A DNA stretch of 62,462 nucleotides, the filler included, from Sphacelaria rigidula (Eukaryota): NCBI GenBank assembly GCA_964200075.2. It is 8 parts of 8 records of this genome, joined end to end, with 100 filler letters (N's around TTAATTAATTAA, not from the genome) between each part and the next. Parts side by side here need not be neighbours in the genome. Positions count along the whole stretch, not along the records: positions 46,923 to 54,642 come from CAXNAA020013677.1; positions 54,743 to 62,462 come from CAXNAA020013678.1; 6 more parts are not named here. One strand, 5' to 3'. The notes beneath the pieces were generated by a model. It ran no database searches. It was not told where the DNA came from and was given only the letters and a program-made list of their open reading frames with translations. Positions within the stretch are counted from its first letter, which is position 1. Each line of letters begins with the position of its first letter. This document shows positions 50,415-62,456 of the stretch, in pieces. Position numbers and translations under genes: made by a program.

Positions 50415-52645
50415 CCATCGCTCCATCTCTCACATTGCTTGATTCACTTTTGATAAGACCGTTTCAGAGTTTTTTGTTCTTCTCTTCTTTCCGCGTTAAG
50501 CATATTTTATTCGATGTGCGTCGTTTTGTTGGCGTTTGGGTTTTATCATGACTATTTTTCCCCAGGGAACCTGCTGCTTGATCATAAGGGCCAACACCTG
50601 GAGAGGCGCCAAGTTGATCACGCGTGGATGTCCCCCATATGCGCAACTAAAGCACGGCATAATAGAGGCGTCACTTTTCTCTTTTCATCCTTGTCCCGAG
50701 AAGTTTGCACTGTTGGGAAGCACACAGGAAGGGGAAATCGTACGCTGCTTTCTGGCTAGCGCAAAAAAGATATCCCTGAAAATCTGATTAGCCAGAATAT
50801 CTGGGAAGTCGACTGACACAATTCACGGCCCATTGAGGCGGAGATACTTTTCTACACGAAGGAAGTCACCCGCGGTGTATTTTGATTATGCTGTTGTAGA
50901 ATGGAATTTTCAAGGGATTTCCATTGCAATGTGTCAGCCGAACACAGCGTGACGTCACCGAACAAAGTGACACATTGCTTTCGAATTGGTCGGAAATAAC
51001 TGGCAGATCTTTTGATCGGTTGAAACAAATTGATTTCGACCATGACGACTCGTCCTCCATGGAAAGAGCCGCTTTTCCTGCCCTGGAGGATGTGAACTCC
51101 GTAGAGACAAAACGCAAAAAGTGTGTATTTCGAATCGCGTGGCCAATTCGATCTACCACCCCGGTTATCGGAGCGGTCTCAACTCTATGGCCATGTACAT
51201 ACTCATGTGCGATGCGCAGATCAAACGGCATGACATGCACATCGAGCTCTTCGAAACAGAGGAGCTACCGCGATCAGTAGGTCTCCTGCTCGCGAGAAGA
51301 GGCACCCGAGATCATGACGTAACACTTCCTGAGATTGATGATTCGGGTGGGGAAACGCCGAACAGTGGGAAAGGAATTCGGGGCCATTGTACGGGCCGCT
51401 CCACGATACCTATCTCGATAAAATCGATTCATTCGCTAGGTGCGTCAACGTAAATCTCAAACGTTCGCCCATCACTCCACGTATATGTATATATCTCGTT
51501 CACCGTGGTGTACAGTTGAGTGTTGGTTTTGCTTGGCCAGCGTTGGTAATGAAGTAACTCAGCGGAATAGACCCCCTACCCACGACGGATCTTTAGGATT
51601 GCATCTATATCAATAGTTCTGTCACCGCACGGAAATTACATAACAACGAGCATATTGTAGAATGAATATTAGCCGTAAACCGATTGGACAGCACTTGCCG
51701 GTCACCGGGCACTTTTGTTGCTGGAGTTTCAGGCGGTAACCGAATGACATTGTTGTCTTTTTCTGAAGCATACATACGAGCTGAGTCGGTACTTTCTTTC
51801 AAGTGGTTGTTTTGAAACGTACCTCTGAGTGCCTCTACTCGGTAACTACAGGGCAAGGGGTAGGTACGAGAGTAGAGACATGATCCAGGGCTCAAATCAC
51901 AGTCGCGTGGGGGGGGGGGGGATTTGAAGAAATCATGGTAGAGTTTGTGTGAGGAGCTTAGTAATCATGCATGAAAGTATTACGTTGGGGATTTTCTCCA
52001 AACCGTCAGTAACACGGAACGAAAAAGACGAGCGACAGACACCGTTGACTGATGAGCCCCCCGCTCCCCCTTTCCCCCCGCGCCCGACAAAAAAAAACCC
52101 AAGAAGCTATACCTAGCAGTGCATGCAGTGGCAATCCTCGCATTTCCTCGTGAGTCCAAAGTGTGCGAAAGCTCAGATGTAATCATGTGCTGGAGAAAAA
52201 ACGTCATACGACAACATCGTATTCGTGTTTAATTTTCCAATCATGATCATCCCTGCCTCAAATGTGAAAGCTAACGAACATTGATCAACGATCCTGATAG
52301 GTATAGCATGCTTAGTACGTCAACACCTTGGCAACCCACCCCTTCACACGAGCTGTTGAGCCCTCGAGAACGCGTCACTCTCGCTAGGATGTACGGCTAC
52401 GTGTGTATGGCTTTCGTGTGCGTGAACTACTGCGTATTGGTGTACGCTTCACACCAGAAGCTATATACATATATGTATATATATATATAGTCCCAACAGA
52501 TGTAGCACACCCTCCCCTTCCAACGTACACATACATCCACACACACCTGATCAGCGATATATGAGCCGGTGTCTTGAGACCACAGGGACTCGTTTTCGGG
52601 AGGAGTGGAAGTTGAATGTTCGAACAAGAAGAGGACGGCAGACAT

Positions 52646-52647
<2 letters not shown>

Positions 52648-52711
<64 letters not shown>
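52648..52711. repeat. (CA)n microsatellite providing the P450 splice donor
   Basis: On the minus strand the (GT)n run starts at the donor GT. Confidence 0.92.
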
Positions 52712-52713
<2 letters not shown>

Positions 52714-52916
52714 GTCCCTCCACCAGGCGATAGTCGAACCCGCCTAAAAACTTCTTGAGAAACAGCACAGTCTCCAGCTTGGCCAGCTCGTGACCAGGGC
52801 AGTAGTGTTTTCCGAATCCGAATAGAGCGGGCTGAATTTGGTTTGGCGTGGTCGCGGCTGGCGATTTGTCTCCCGCCGCTCTTTTGTCGCCGTGAAGGAA
52901 ACGGAACGGGCAGAAC
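52712..52916 (-). CDS. Cytochrome P450, heme-binding exon
   Basis: tttgcag|...CAG|gtgtgt; PERF-like FCPFRF and heme motif FGFGKHYCPG followed by HELAKLE. Confidence 0.93.
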
Positions 52917-53776
52917 CTGCAAACGCCGGCGCGAGAGGAGATGGGGAAAATGGTCCGGAGAGCGCGGAGGGTGACGTCCAAATATTCGAAAGTGGCCAAA
53001 GGGCACGCGTACAGATATTCCGGGGGTATTCACACTCAACTATTCTCTGGAATACTCCGTACTCTTGGCAATCGATACTCTAGTTGGGCACCCTATAGCA
53101 CTCAGGACATCCGGCAATTGATTAAATGGTACATGGCGGTACTCGGTACTTCAAATGCTTTGATAGCGCATAATATCCCACAGTTCGACACCCTACACCA
53201 CCAAGGATTGAGGGATTTACAAAGCTTTTCACATGATCGGCATCAAGCGTGTGCTTTTCGTCTTATCGTGATCGTGAATCCGCTCGTCGATGGCCACGCG
53301 AGATTATCGGTGCCGATATCCGGTTCAAAGATGGCCATTCATGTGAGACTTGTGTCCTGTACAGAAATGGTCATGTGAAAGGTTGACCTACACGTGAAGA
53401 GGCTTGAAACGTTGAGCAGATGAATCGTTTGATGTTTGTCCTCAAATTTCGATGTGTTGAATTTGTAGTACACTATGTATGAGGCATGTGCTCCATCGTT
53501 CAATCGCACAATCTCCGCCCGGGGTCATCCTGTGGTAGGGGTGCACAAACGAGTTCTGGGGTTGGCGTACTGGAGTTAAACGTATACCCTCGCGCATCGC
53601 AATACTAGTACAATTGAGAAGCCGAAGTTGGGTCTGAACATGGGGCGATCCCTTCGCAGGTAGACATCTCAGACTGTGAAAATGTCTCGGTTCTTGTTTA
53701 ATAACGAAAATAAATCAGAGAAGTTTTGCTCACAAAACTGGGCCCCTACCGTACCACGGCTTCCCCTGTGAGGGGT

Positions 53777-54018
53777 GGGGGGTGTAATCGTGATCTTGTA
53801 TGCCGTAATCACATGGCCATTGACCTCGTGTCCCTACAAAGCCGGGACGGAGCACGCGGGAATTTCGCCGTATCAGACTTGCCATCAATCACCAAGCGCA
53901 AAGCGCCGCGATATGTCCGGCGAGTCGCATGACGCATGAGCTGCATCCTGCTGAGACTGTTCGGCCCGAAGCGTAGTGATTATCTGGCATTTGGATGACA
54001 GCCTCCAATGAGTTGCTT
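53777..54018 (-). mobile_element. C-tailed retroposon copy, uninterrupted at the insertion hotspot
   Basis: GGGGGGTGTAATCGTGATC..GGCCATTGACCTCGTGTCCCTACAAAGCC..CCTCCAATGAGTTGCTT. Confidence 0.8.
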
Positions 54019-54642
54019 GAGTAGGAGGAGGTAAGGCGTAGAATAAACGCCCTTTACGCACTACTCGCGGAATGGGTACTCCTGCATCAAATAGTAGTCT
54101 ACTTTGATTGTTTCGGTCAACTGACAAAAAAAACAATTTAGATCTTCAAAATTGTATAGAGAAGGGGGATGGGATTGAAGTAAGCAGGAAGTCATTTTAA
54201 CGTACAAGTTATGGTATGTGTGCATACATATCGAAATAGATGCTGATGACGGAGGCGAAACTATTTTCGATCGATACCCACTGGGGTGCCCTCCAGCATC
54301 AGTCTGTTCACCTTACCCCCTGCCATTCCTCGACAGACTCAATTTCCTTGGCCGCGATGGTGCTCATGACAGTTATATATGTATATATATTTGTGTGTGT
54401 AGGCGTATCGCTGGCGTGGTGAGGCCGGATGTTATGGCAACAGATCTTCAGCCCCGGATCTTCAAAATTCGTGTGACATTCATGTTATGGGTACAGATTT
54501 ATCGAAATTTTGAGTGGAAAAATTCGTGGCCAAGATTCGGGGCCCGAGTCCCACAGAATTTTGGGCAAACTGGCGGGGGTCGGCCAGCACAGATTTTTGC
54601 ACACGGCTTTTTGCGTTTTGGCCGGCCGACCGTCACAATGGG

Positions 54643-54742
54643 NNNNNNNNNNNNNNNNNNNNNNNNNNNNNNNNNNNNNNNNNNNNTTAATTAATTAANN
54701 NNNNNNNNNNNNNNNNNNNNNNNNNNNNNNNNNNNNNNNNNN
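54643..54742. other. Artificial contig-joining linker
   Basis: Same 100-bp unit. Confidence 0.98.
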
Positions 54743-54787
54743 CTTGCCTTAGTCATTTGACCATTGACCACGCATCCCTTTCGAGAC
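54743..54787 (-). mobile_element. C-tailed retroposon variant B fragment at contig edge
   Basis: Reverse complement of ~7828-7873. Confidence 0.75.
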
Positions 54788-55303
54788 GGGGCAAGGGGGG
54801 GGGGGAGGGGGTCAACACCTCACGACGGCGTCGGAATGGGGGGGGCGCTTGGTACAAATAGAAACAATAACGGAAACAATCTGACCGGTTGGGGTTCACT
54901 GGAGACATCGCACCCAACCGTAAGCTTTTTTATTCGTTTACAAGTACTGTCTTCAGTAAACAGCAGCGACTGCACAAACCAGCGTTGGTTGTTTGCTTTT
55001 CACACGTTGAGAAAGATTGGGCGGCGTCAACTGTACCCGAGATTTCGTCGATGTCCAAAACCCATGGTTGCCACTCTTTTTTCTCGAACCCTAGGCCGTA
55101 CCCTAACCCCAATACAACAGGAGGATTTCAGGTACAGCGGGGTGCATAAAGTGCCCTTGGCAAAGTGTGCGTTAGCAGAGCTTAAATCGGCGCCCGAGTT
55201 GAGGGAATCTCTTGATACAAATCGTGCTGCGCATAGTGGGGATCATTTGAGACTGTTAGCCCTCTCAAGATGCTACCTCAGTGTCTATCTACACTGCCGG
55301 GGG

Positions 55304-56106
55304 GTGTACTCATGATTTTGCATGCCATAGCCAAATGACCATTGCAAGGTTGTGATCTGTAGGGCACGGGATTCCTTGCAGAACTTACAGAAATATCGGG
55401 TACCGGTTTGGAAGGGTGTGCTCATGATCTTGCATGCCATAGCCAAATGACCATTGCAAGGTTGTGTTCTGTAGGGCACGGGATTCCTTGCAGAACTAAC
55501 AGAAATATCGGGTACCGGTTTGGAAGTCTTTCATAAATTACAGCCCTTGACCAATACGGTACGGGAGGCCTACAGAAAACCGTACCGGCAATCGGGTATT
55601 TCTTCAAGGACATACCCGCGCTCCGGGTACGGGCGTACATTATGTACAGAACTCACAGAATTGTCGGGCAAGGGTATTGGAAGCGTACAAGACTCACAGA
55701 AACTGTTGGGCAGGGTATGGAGGCTGCACATGAAACCGTAACCGGAGCCGGATACCTTATCAAGAGCATACCCGTGCCCCCCGGTAACGGTAAGGGAGGC
55801 TTACAGAACTCACAGATTTATCGGGTACCGGTATGAAAGTGTTGGGTACGGTAATACCCGGGAAAATACCTCGGGTATGCAGAAAAACGTATCCTACCAA
55901 ACACACCTTGGATCGTTGACCTCGCATCTCTACAAAGCCGCGGCGGAGCACGCCGGGTTACGTCGGTCCAGGCTCGCAGTCACCGAGCGCGAAGCGTCGC
56001 GATAAGTTCGGCGATTCGCATGCAGGGTGAGCTGAATCCTGCCAAGATTGTTCGGCCCGAAGCGTGCTGATTATCTTGCATTGGATTATTGCCTCCAATG
56101 AGTTTG
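55304..56106 (-). mobile_element. C-tailed retroposon with 16-bp TSD, interrupted by a MITE
   Basis: TCTACACTGCCGGGGG at 55288-55303 and 56107-56122. Confidence 0.85.
55457..55910. mobile_element. CAAGGT-TIR MITE inserted at GACCATTG
   Basis: GACCATTG|CAAGGTTGTGTT ... AACACACCTTG|GATCGTTG (TSD 6/8); the host repeat resumes ACCTCGCATC; the left junction is tandemly duplicated (112-bp unit). Confidence 0.82.
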
Positions 56107-56166
56107 TCTACACTGCCGGGGGAGGGATGGCTTGAATCATTGAGATTCCAGACTCGTCCTGAGGGA

Positions 56167-56570
56167 GGGGGGTGTCCTCATGACCGTGCATGCCGTAGCC
56201 ATGAGACCATTGCACACCCTGGACAATAGATTAGATTGTAAAAAATGTACTGCTTACAGTATGGAATCTATTGTCTGCTGCAATAGGCTCAATAGTCAAT
56301 ACTGTACACAGTACACTTTTTGACAGTGCATCCTATTGCCCAGGGTGTGGACCATTGACCTCGCATTCCCAAAAGGCAGGGACGGACCGCGCCGGGTAAC
56401 GTCGGACCAGGCTCGCTGTCACCAAGCGCGACAAGTTCGGCTATTCGCATGAACCGAAGGGTGCTCAATTATCGTGCATGTGGATGACAGCCTCCAATGA
56501 ATTGCTTCGTTTCCTGGTATCGCCACTTCCAGAGATGGTCACAGGTTACCCACCGCCTCGTGTCTCACCA
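56167..56570 (-). mobile_element. C-tailed retroposon copy interrupted by a second MITE
   Basis: Matches the reverse complement of 45128-45430 out to GTGTCTCACCA. Confidence 0.8.
56213..56349. mobile_element. 137-bp MITE with CACACCCTGG TIRs and perfect 8-bp TSD
   Basis: GACCATTG|CACACCCTGGACAATAG ... CTATTGCCCAGGGTGTG|GACCATTG. Confidence 0.92.
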
Positions 56571-57109
56571 TATAAACACCACGTCTCACGATCATCCCCC
56601 TTGCACAGCGTTGGGATTTACGCGGCTACCGCAGAAAACAAGCAAGCGGGAAAAAACTGTAGCCTGGTTGCCTAGCTTACGGGAGGGGTTGAAAGTACGA
56701 TTGAGATAGACGAAACGCCTGAATTGCGCGTGCTTCACCCTTAGACATGGGTTTCAACAAAAGAAGTCGCGTCAACTCTACACCGAGAAATATCCATTCC
56801 ATGCGTGAACATATATGCTGTATATATGAGTATGCGCTTCCTCGTTGGATAACTTGCGCGTAGCACATGCGTGAACGACATGACCAGCCAGCGCTGCAAG
56901 CACAAATCCGACTCTGACGGCGAGCCTAGTGCCATCTGAGTGTCACATATCCGACTGGCCGGTAGCCGCGAATTCTTTCCATCCGGTCGTGCGGCAGAAG
57001 CTCGGAGTTGTTTTCCGCGATTTTCGTTCACTTCCTTCTCGTTTTCAACTTCACCGTGTTTCATCTATGTTGCCTTCTCCCTGCTTCCCGCTGCTGGATT
57101 TTCCTTCAG

Positions 57110-57184
57110 AGACAGCTCTCCCCTGTTGACCCTGGGTACGCCCTACCTTGTGGCCACCGCTAAAATGATGTCGGATGACTCCAC
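57110..57184 (+). CDS. Possible orphan exon
   Basis: Pyrimidine-rich ttccttcag|...|gtaagt; only one frame is open: DSSPLLTLGTPYLVATAKMMSDDS. Confidence 0.35.
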
Positions 57185-58900
57185 GTAAGTATTGATGTGC
57201 GACAATTAATTCATTGATCAATCGAAGATTCAGATTCACGAGTCGGTGTGTCGGCTAGAGAATACCCCCAAATGAGAGTTTCTGAGTGTGTTTTCTCCCG
57301 CACTTCAGGATCAGGATGAAAGGAAAGGAAGCCGGTAACGGTACGCATTCCATTCAGAAGAAGAGCCTGGCATAAACTTTTCAGGATCGGAGTCGTGTTT
57401 TGAGCACTCCATTCTGAAGTTCGATGCGTAGCTTCAAAACTCAAAAATACCAAGAGCAATCACCGCCACCCCTACCACCACTGTCACAGCCAGTTCAAAA
57501 TGAACACACCTAGACAAGCAAAGTGGGACATCCATCACAACCGCCATCCTCATCACAATGTACCAGTCACGAAGTAGGAACGCTTAGCATCGCAGGCAGG
57601 GGATGTCCCTGCCGCAACCATCACATCAGCCTTCCATTGGTTGTGTTAGGTGACATTCGAATGCTCGGCGCGCACAAGACACTGCCTCGGGTACAACTCC
57701 TTACTATCGCCAGCCCCCAGCTGGAAGACGGTGTGAACGATTCTTAGTCTACCGCGCAGAAGTAGCGCTGCACCTGGCTGCGCTGCCGTTCTGTTAGGGG
57801 TCATGGCGACGTGAACCATTGCTGTGGGTAGTGGTTTGCAAAATCGTTCCCATGCGAATTCGTCTGTTCTCCTCAAGTATTGCCGTGCTGTATGTACGAT
57901 ATCACTGTACTTGACCGTACCGTAGTGAATATTGCACAGCACTACAGTGCACCGTAGTGCAGCGAAGTGTAGTATACGGTACGGTACGGTATGGTATGGT
58001 ATGGTAATACTGCACTGTCTGTACTAGGGACTCGCTACTGTGCACTGCTGAGCTGCCATATGCATTTTAGAATCAGATGCTGGTCGATCGTGCATTTGGT
58101 GGGGCAACTTGCAGTCGATCACCGCGAACGATGAAGTAATGCCAAGCCACGTCACGTCAGCTCCCGTCCCGAACTTTTCGCCTTCCATTCTGAAGCTCTT
58201 CGATCCTGATTCTGAAAGGAATTTCGACTTATTTTTCCGAACCCCTTTAATATACGTGTGGGTCCGAGGCGTGGGGGGGGAAAAGGGAGTAAAAACTCAC
58301 GACGTGCGAAATCGTTATAGCTGTGTTGGATGGAGGTGGCTCAACCAGAGTTGGGCTACATTCTGCCCTGTCTGTTGTGTTTCCACGACGATGCTACTTG
58401 CCCAGAACCCGAGGGAGATCATGGTTCCTCGCTTTCTCTCCTCATTGCCATGAGGTTGCCCTTTTTTGTTCTTCTTGTCTTTGCTGGATCTTATTATCTA
58501 GCGTTGTTCAGTTTCCGGTGTGCAGGCTCTGTAGAGCATCGCTTTGAACAGCACTCCAGACCGTACATCTGTTTTGGGATTGGTCTCTGTTCCATGCGAC
58601 AGTTTCGATTATCAGCTTACTCGATGTTACTATTCTGTGTATACACCAGTACGTGGCAAAGTAGTCGGAGAGGTCACACGCGGGGACTTCTTAGATCCCA
58701 GTACAATTAGGTCTCCTGTAGTTCAATCGGTCTCATACGGATCTTTCGTAGTATAGGTGCCCTTTTTTCGTGTAGATGTTTTGTTCCTTGCCTTCTTCTT
58801 CGGGCTGTTTGGGTTAATGGGTGGTGTGCTCCTTGCACTCTGTGACCACGGGTTCGGGTTCGAGAGAACGAGCTAATGTGACGGATAGAATAATGGTATT

Positions 58901-58932
<32 letters not shown>

Positions 58933-60022
58933 TATACGTGGTCGACACATTTTACAACTATCGCTAACGCTAACTCAAACCCCAACCCCAACCCGAGGCA
59001 TACAGAGAACCCTCGGGCAAGGGAGGTGCACAGTGTTCCCTAGGGAAAGTATGGCGTTGGTAGACCACAAATCGGCGTCATAGGCGCCGATTTAGACAAA
59101 AACGCGTTCTACGCACGCTAGGAGCATACGGGACTGCTATGGGGGTGAATGGGGACCGATTTGGGGCACTATATTTCGGGTAAGTAGACATCGACTCCTG
59201 TCTACAGAAGAAATGAAGCCTAAGTGAGGCAATCAGTAATGATAAAAAAATACGCGCGTCACCTCGAACTAACGACCACGTTAATACAAAATGTACTCTT
59301 ATCATGGTACATTATACAACAAACCTGTGACTGACGTTGCTGTACATCTGCACACAGGGCCACAACAACAGGAGGATGGAAGCTGCTGCTCGAGTTGTTG
59401 TTGTGCTCCTCTTGTTGCTGGATGATTTTGTGCCGATTTTTTTACGCGGGTTTCTCGGTAACCAAGCAGAGGATTGCACCACGATTTGTTGCGCGCACTT
59501 TCCACACACCCAAACTGTGGAAGAATGTAAGAAAGATTAGTATATCCTTCACCCGCCCCCACAAACACTGCACGCTACCAAAATATACCAAACCAAAATG
59601 TACCAAACTGTACTAAAAAAGGCCCACTTCATTTTTTTCTGTTCTTGGAGCTTTTGGTGTGCGCTGTGACGATCTGAGCCAAGCTCTTACATACTTCTCA
59701 AGCTTTTGTGTGTGTACGGGGGGCTGCAAAGTGCCACAGCCCCTAAGCGTGTGTCTTACTCCAAACAGCTAAACGGCTCGGGGACAGCTGATGACGTGTC
59801 CATTATTCTTCCGCGTCATTCGCTTCATCAGCCTGGTCGCGCAGTTTTGGTCGCAAAGGCCCTCAATCACCCCCCATAACTCTCAAGCCCCACTAAAGAT
59901 CCGATCCTCGTTGCTCACACACAACTCAAGTATAATAATCCAACTTTGTAGCCCAACTCTGGGAAACTGTACTGCAATGAATGACACACACATTGGAGTA
60001 TAACGCACACACACACACACAC

Positions 60023-60199
60023 CTCATTGGGGTCGCTCCGTGTCCATATGCGTTTCTTCCTCTCGGTGTAGCCTTTCTTCTTCGGTCGACCGCGCCCGTC
60101 GCCAGCGACATACTCGGCATCGTCATCGGTAAACTCTTCTTCTTTTTCCTCTGGGTCACCGCCGGGGGTTCCAGGGTAGGCATAGGAGGCGTGTCGGCA
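60023..60199 (-). CDS. Orphan exon, basic and disordered
   Basis: aatag|...GAG|gtgtgt; ADTPPMPTLEPPAVTQRKKKKSLPM..DRRRKATPRGRNAYGHGATPM. Confidence 0.45.
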
Positions 60200-62324
60200 C
60201 TATTTAGTAGCCCCGCCCGACATTTGTTGAAAAAAAAAACAGAGAAAGGACGTGGGGAAGAAGAGCATATCCAAGATGTCAAGGGGGTAGGAAAAACATT
60301 GTAAAAAAAGCGAGAATTCTGGCGGATAACGGGTGCGCCGCTCTTGACAAGGTTTTGCGCCTACTCAAACCCCTGGTCCGCAACCCGTGCTTGCACTACT
60401 TTTCTTGGGGCTTACTGAGAAAACAACAATGATATAGTGAAATGCTGCGGCCAGATTATTCACCATAGCGTATTGACGTGAAGCATTGTCGGGAGTTCTT
60501 CTCATCAGTGTATCTGCGGTGTTACAAGACATGCCGCGAATGTTTGAGTTTGATATCAAGTGTATTTCATGCAAGCGTCGCCATCGGCCACGGGACTTCA
60601 ACAGCTGAATCACGACCGCGGGTACTTGCAAACCCCTCCAAGCCTCGTGCTCTTCGGGTTTGGTGTGGTGCATGACTACCTCGGTGCGTTTTCTGCACCC
60701 TGGCTACAGCGGCCAACGGTCAGTTGACTACTTTTGGTCAGAATCTGTCCGAACACGCTGCTTGCGGCCATGCTATAGATAGATCCAAGTGGCCGTTTGG
60801 ATCACGACGAAAAGCATCGCGTTAAAGATCGTTTGATGGCGAGTTCTTCCTGAAATATTTTATAGCATGACACTCATAGGAGTAGCTGGTGTCGCGCCCG
60901 GGACGAAGGACGGGATTGGCTTTCATTTTTTTTTTTCGCTTGCTCGCTCTTATGACACGAACGAAAACGTTGGCGGGAAAGACGGACATGTAGAAATGGT
61001 TCCAGCCTGGCCAGATCGGTCCGTACCGTTGGAGTCATCTGCACGTGCTGATAGTTGGTACCACCAGATAGTTCGTCCGAGACACACCGAGTCGACTACA
61101 CTGAGCGTTTCGAGGGTGATGTTCCGAGTTTCGACTTTGAATGTTGCACGGATGTCCCTGAGCATCACACAAAATGCGTGTTTGTTTTCATTTCCTCGAT
61201 TTGAAGTCCCTGATTTTAACCTATTCGAAAAAAAAAGGAAGTGAGATCATACCGAATATTTTTTTCACGCCAAAAAAATACCGTATCACTTGAAAATGCA
61301 GGCTCTGATCACTCCATTACGACCTCGATGTTACCGTTTTAGACGTGTAAGCAAAATTTAAGGTCATAATTCACACGCCGTCCACGGGAAGACACGGGGA
61401 AACAAAAAGTCGGAATAGCTATCATGAATATGTCATACTCCAAGACATCAAATTGTGAATTTTCTCTCGCGATGAGGAATAAAAAAAATAGGAGCGATAC
61501 AACGTTTTTCACCACCATGTGAAGCAGTCTTCCATTATGCTATACAACTCGGCAAATCTTATCTCGATTTTGCAACAGGCGAGACGCCCGGTAGAATTGA
61601 AAAACATTGGAGTAAAGACTCCGATCAATCTATTGCGAAAATACACGGGTGATACCCTAAGCTGCAAAATGTGCATTCCTTCGACCCTCAGGATTTTTTA
61701 GAGTCGGGGACACGATGAATTTTGCTTGCATTCATCAGCGGCATCGTTGTGGATGCTTTCGCGCACCATTTCAGCAATCTCACTTCGCAACGGACAACAA
61801 CGGCAACACACGTGCCCTCGCATTTCACGTGCGAGCTGGGCCAGCGAGCCTAGGAGTGAATCTGTAGATTGCAGACCCATTCTAACCTCAATTTTGAGAG
61901 GTAAACTCTTAAACTCGGTATGGAGAATCATACTACGAGTAGGGCATAATATTCATAAAAAAAACATTGGAGCATTCATAGTTCGTCTTTTATTCATCAA
62001 TCAAATAAGTTCTAGTGTAGTAAGGACTAATATTACCCGAGAACGTCCTTTACTCACCAAAAAAACGCCCATTTTTGTTTCGTTTGCATTATGCCCTTGC
62101 GGTTCTGCATGCTCAGTTTCAAATCACAACTGCAAAAAGTGAGCTGAGAAACTGAAATAAGACCCACTTTTATGGCAACGAGTCCCGATTTTTACAAATA
62201 TGAGGATTTCAGCTCATCTACAGGCGATTTTCTCCCGTGGATTGATTTTTCGGACCCCAGTCCAATGGACAATGTTTTTCGGCTAGCTATGAGCAAACCA
62301 GACCATTTCTTCGATTATATTGAC

Positions 62325-62456
62325 GTTGACTTTTGGTTCATCACATTTCTGCTGAAATCGGGACACTCCCGCATCTCCCCCGATTTTGAAAAAAAATCGG
62401 GGGAGATGCGGGAGTGTCCCGATTTCAGCAGAACGGTGATGTATCGAAAGTCAACG
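62325..62456. repeat. Hairpin with 41-bp perfect stem
   Basis: 62347-62387 pairs perfectly with 62393-62433 (5-nt loop); imperfect extension to CGTTGACTTT/AAAGTCAACG. Confidence 0.9.

Noticed and set aside
5479..52916. P450 plus MFS biosynthetic gene cluster
   Set aside because: The genes are on different contigs joined artificially.
54230..54272. Hammerhead ribozyme (CTGATGA...GAAAC inside an inverted repeat)
   Set aside because: No pairable stem II, no stem I and no correctly placed UH cleavage site. Other CTGATGA sites checked (5217, 25507, 52049) lack a suitable GAAA.
57290..57420. P450-like DPEKFMP peptide on the minus strand
   Set aside because: No heme motif follows and the frame closes with stops; likely coincidence.
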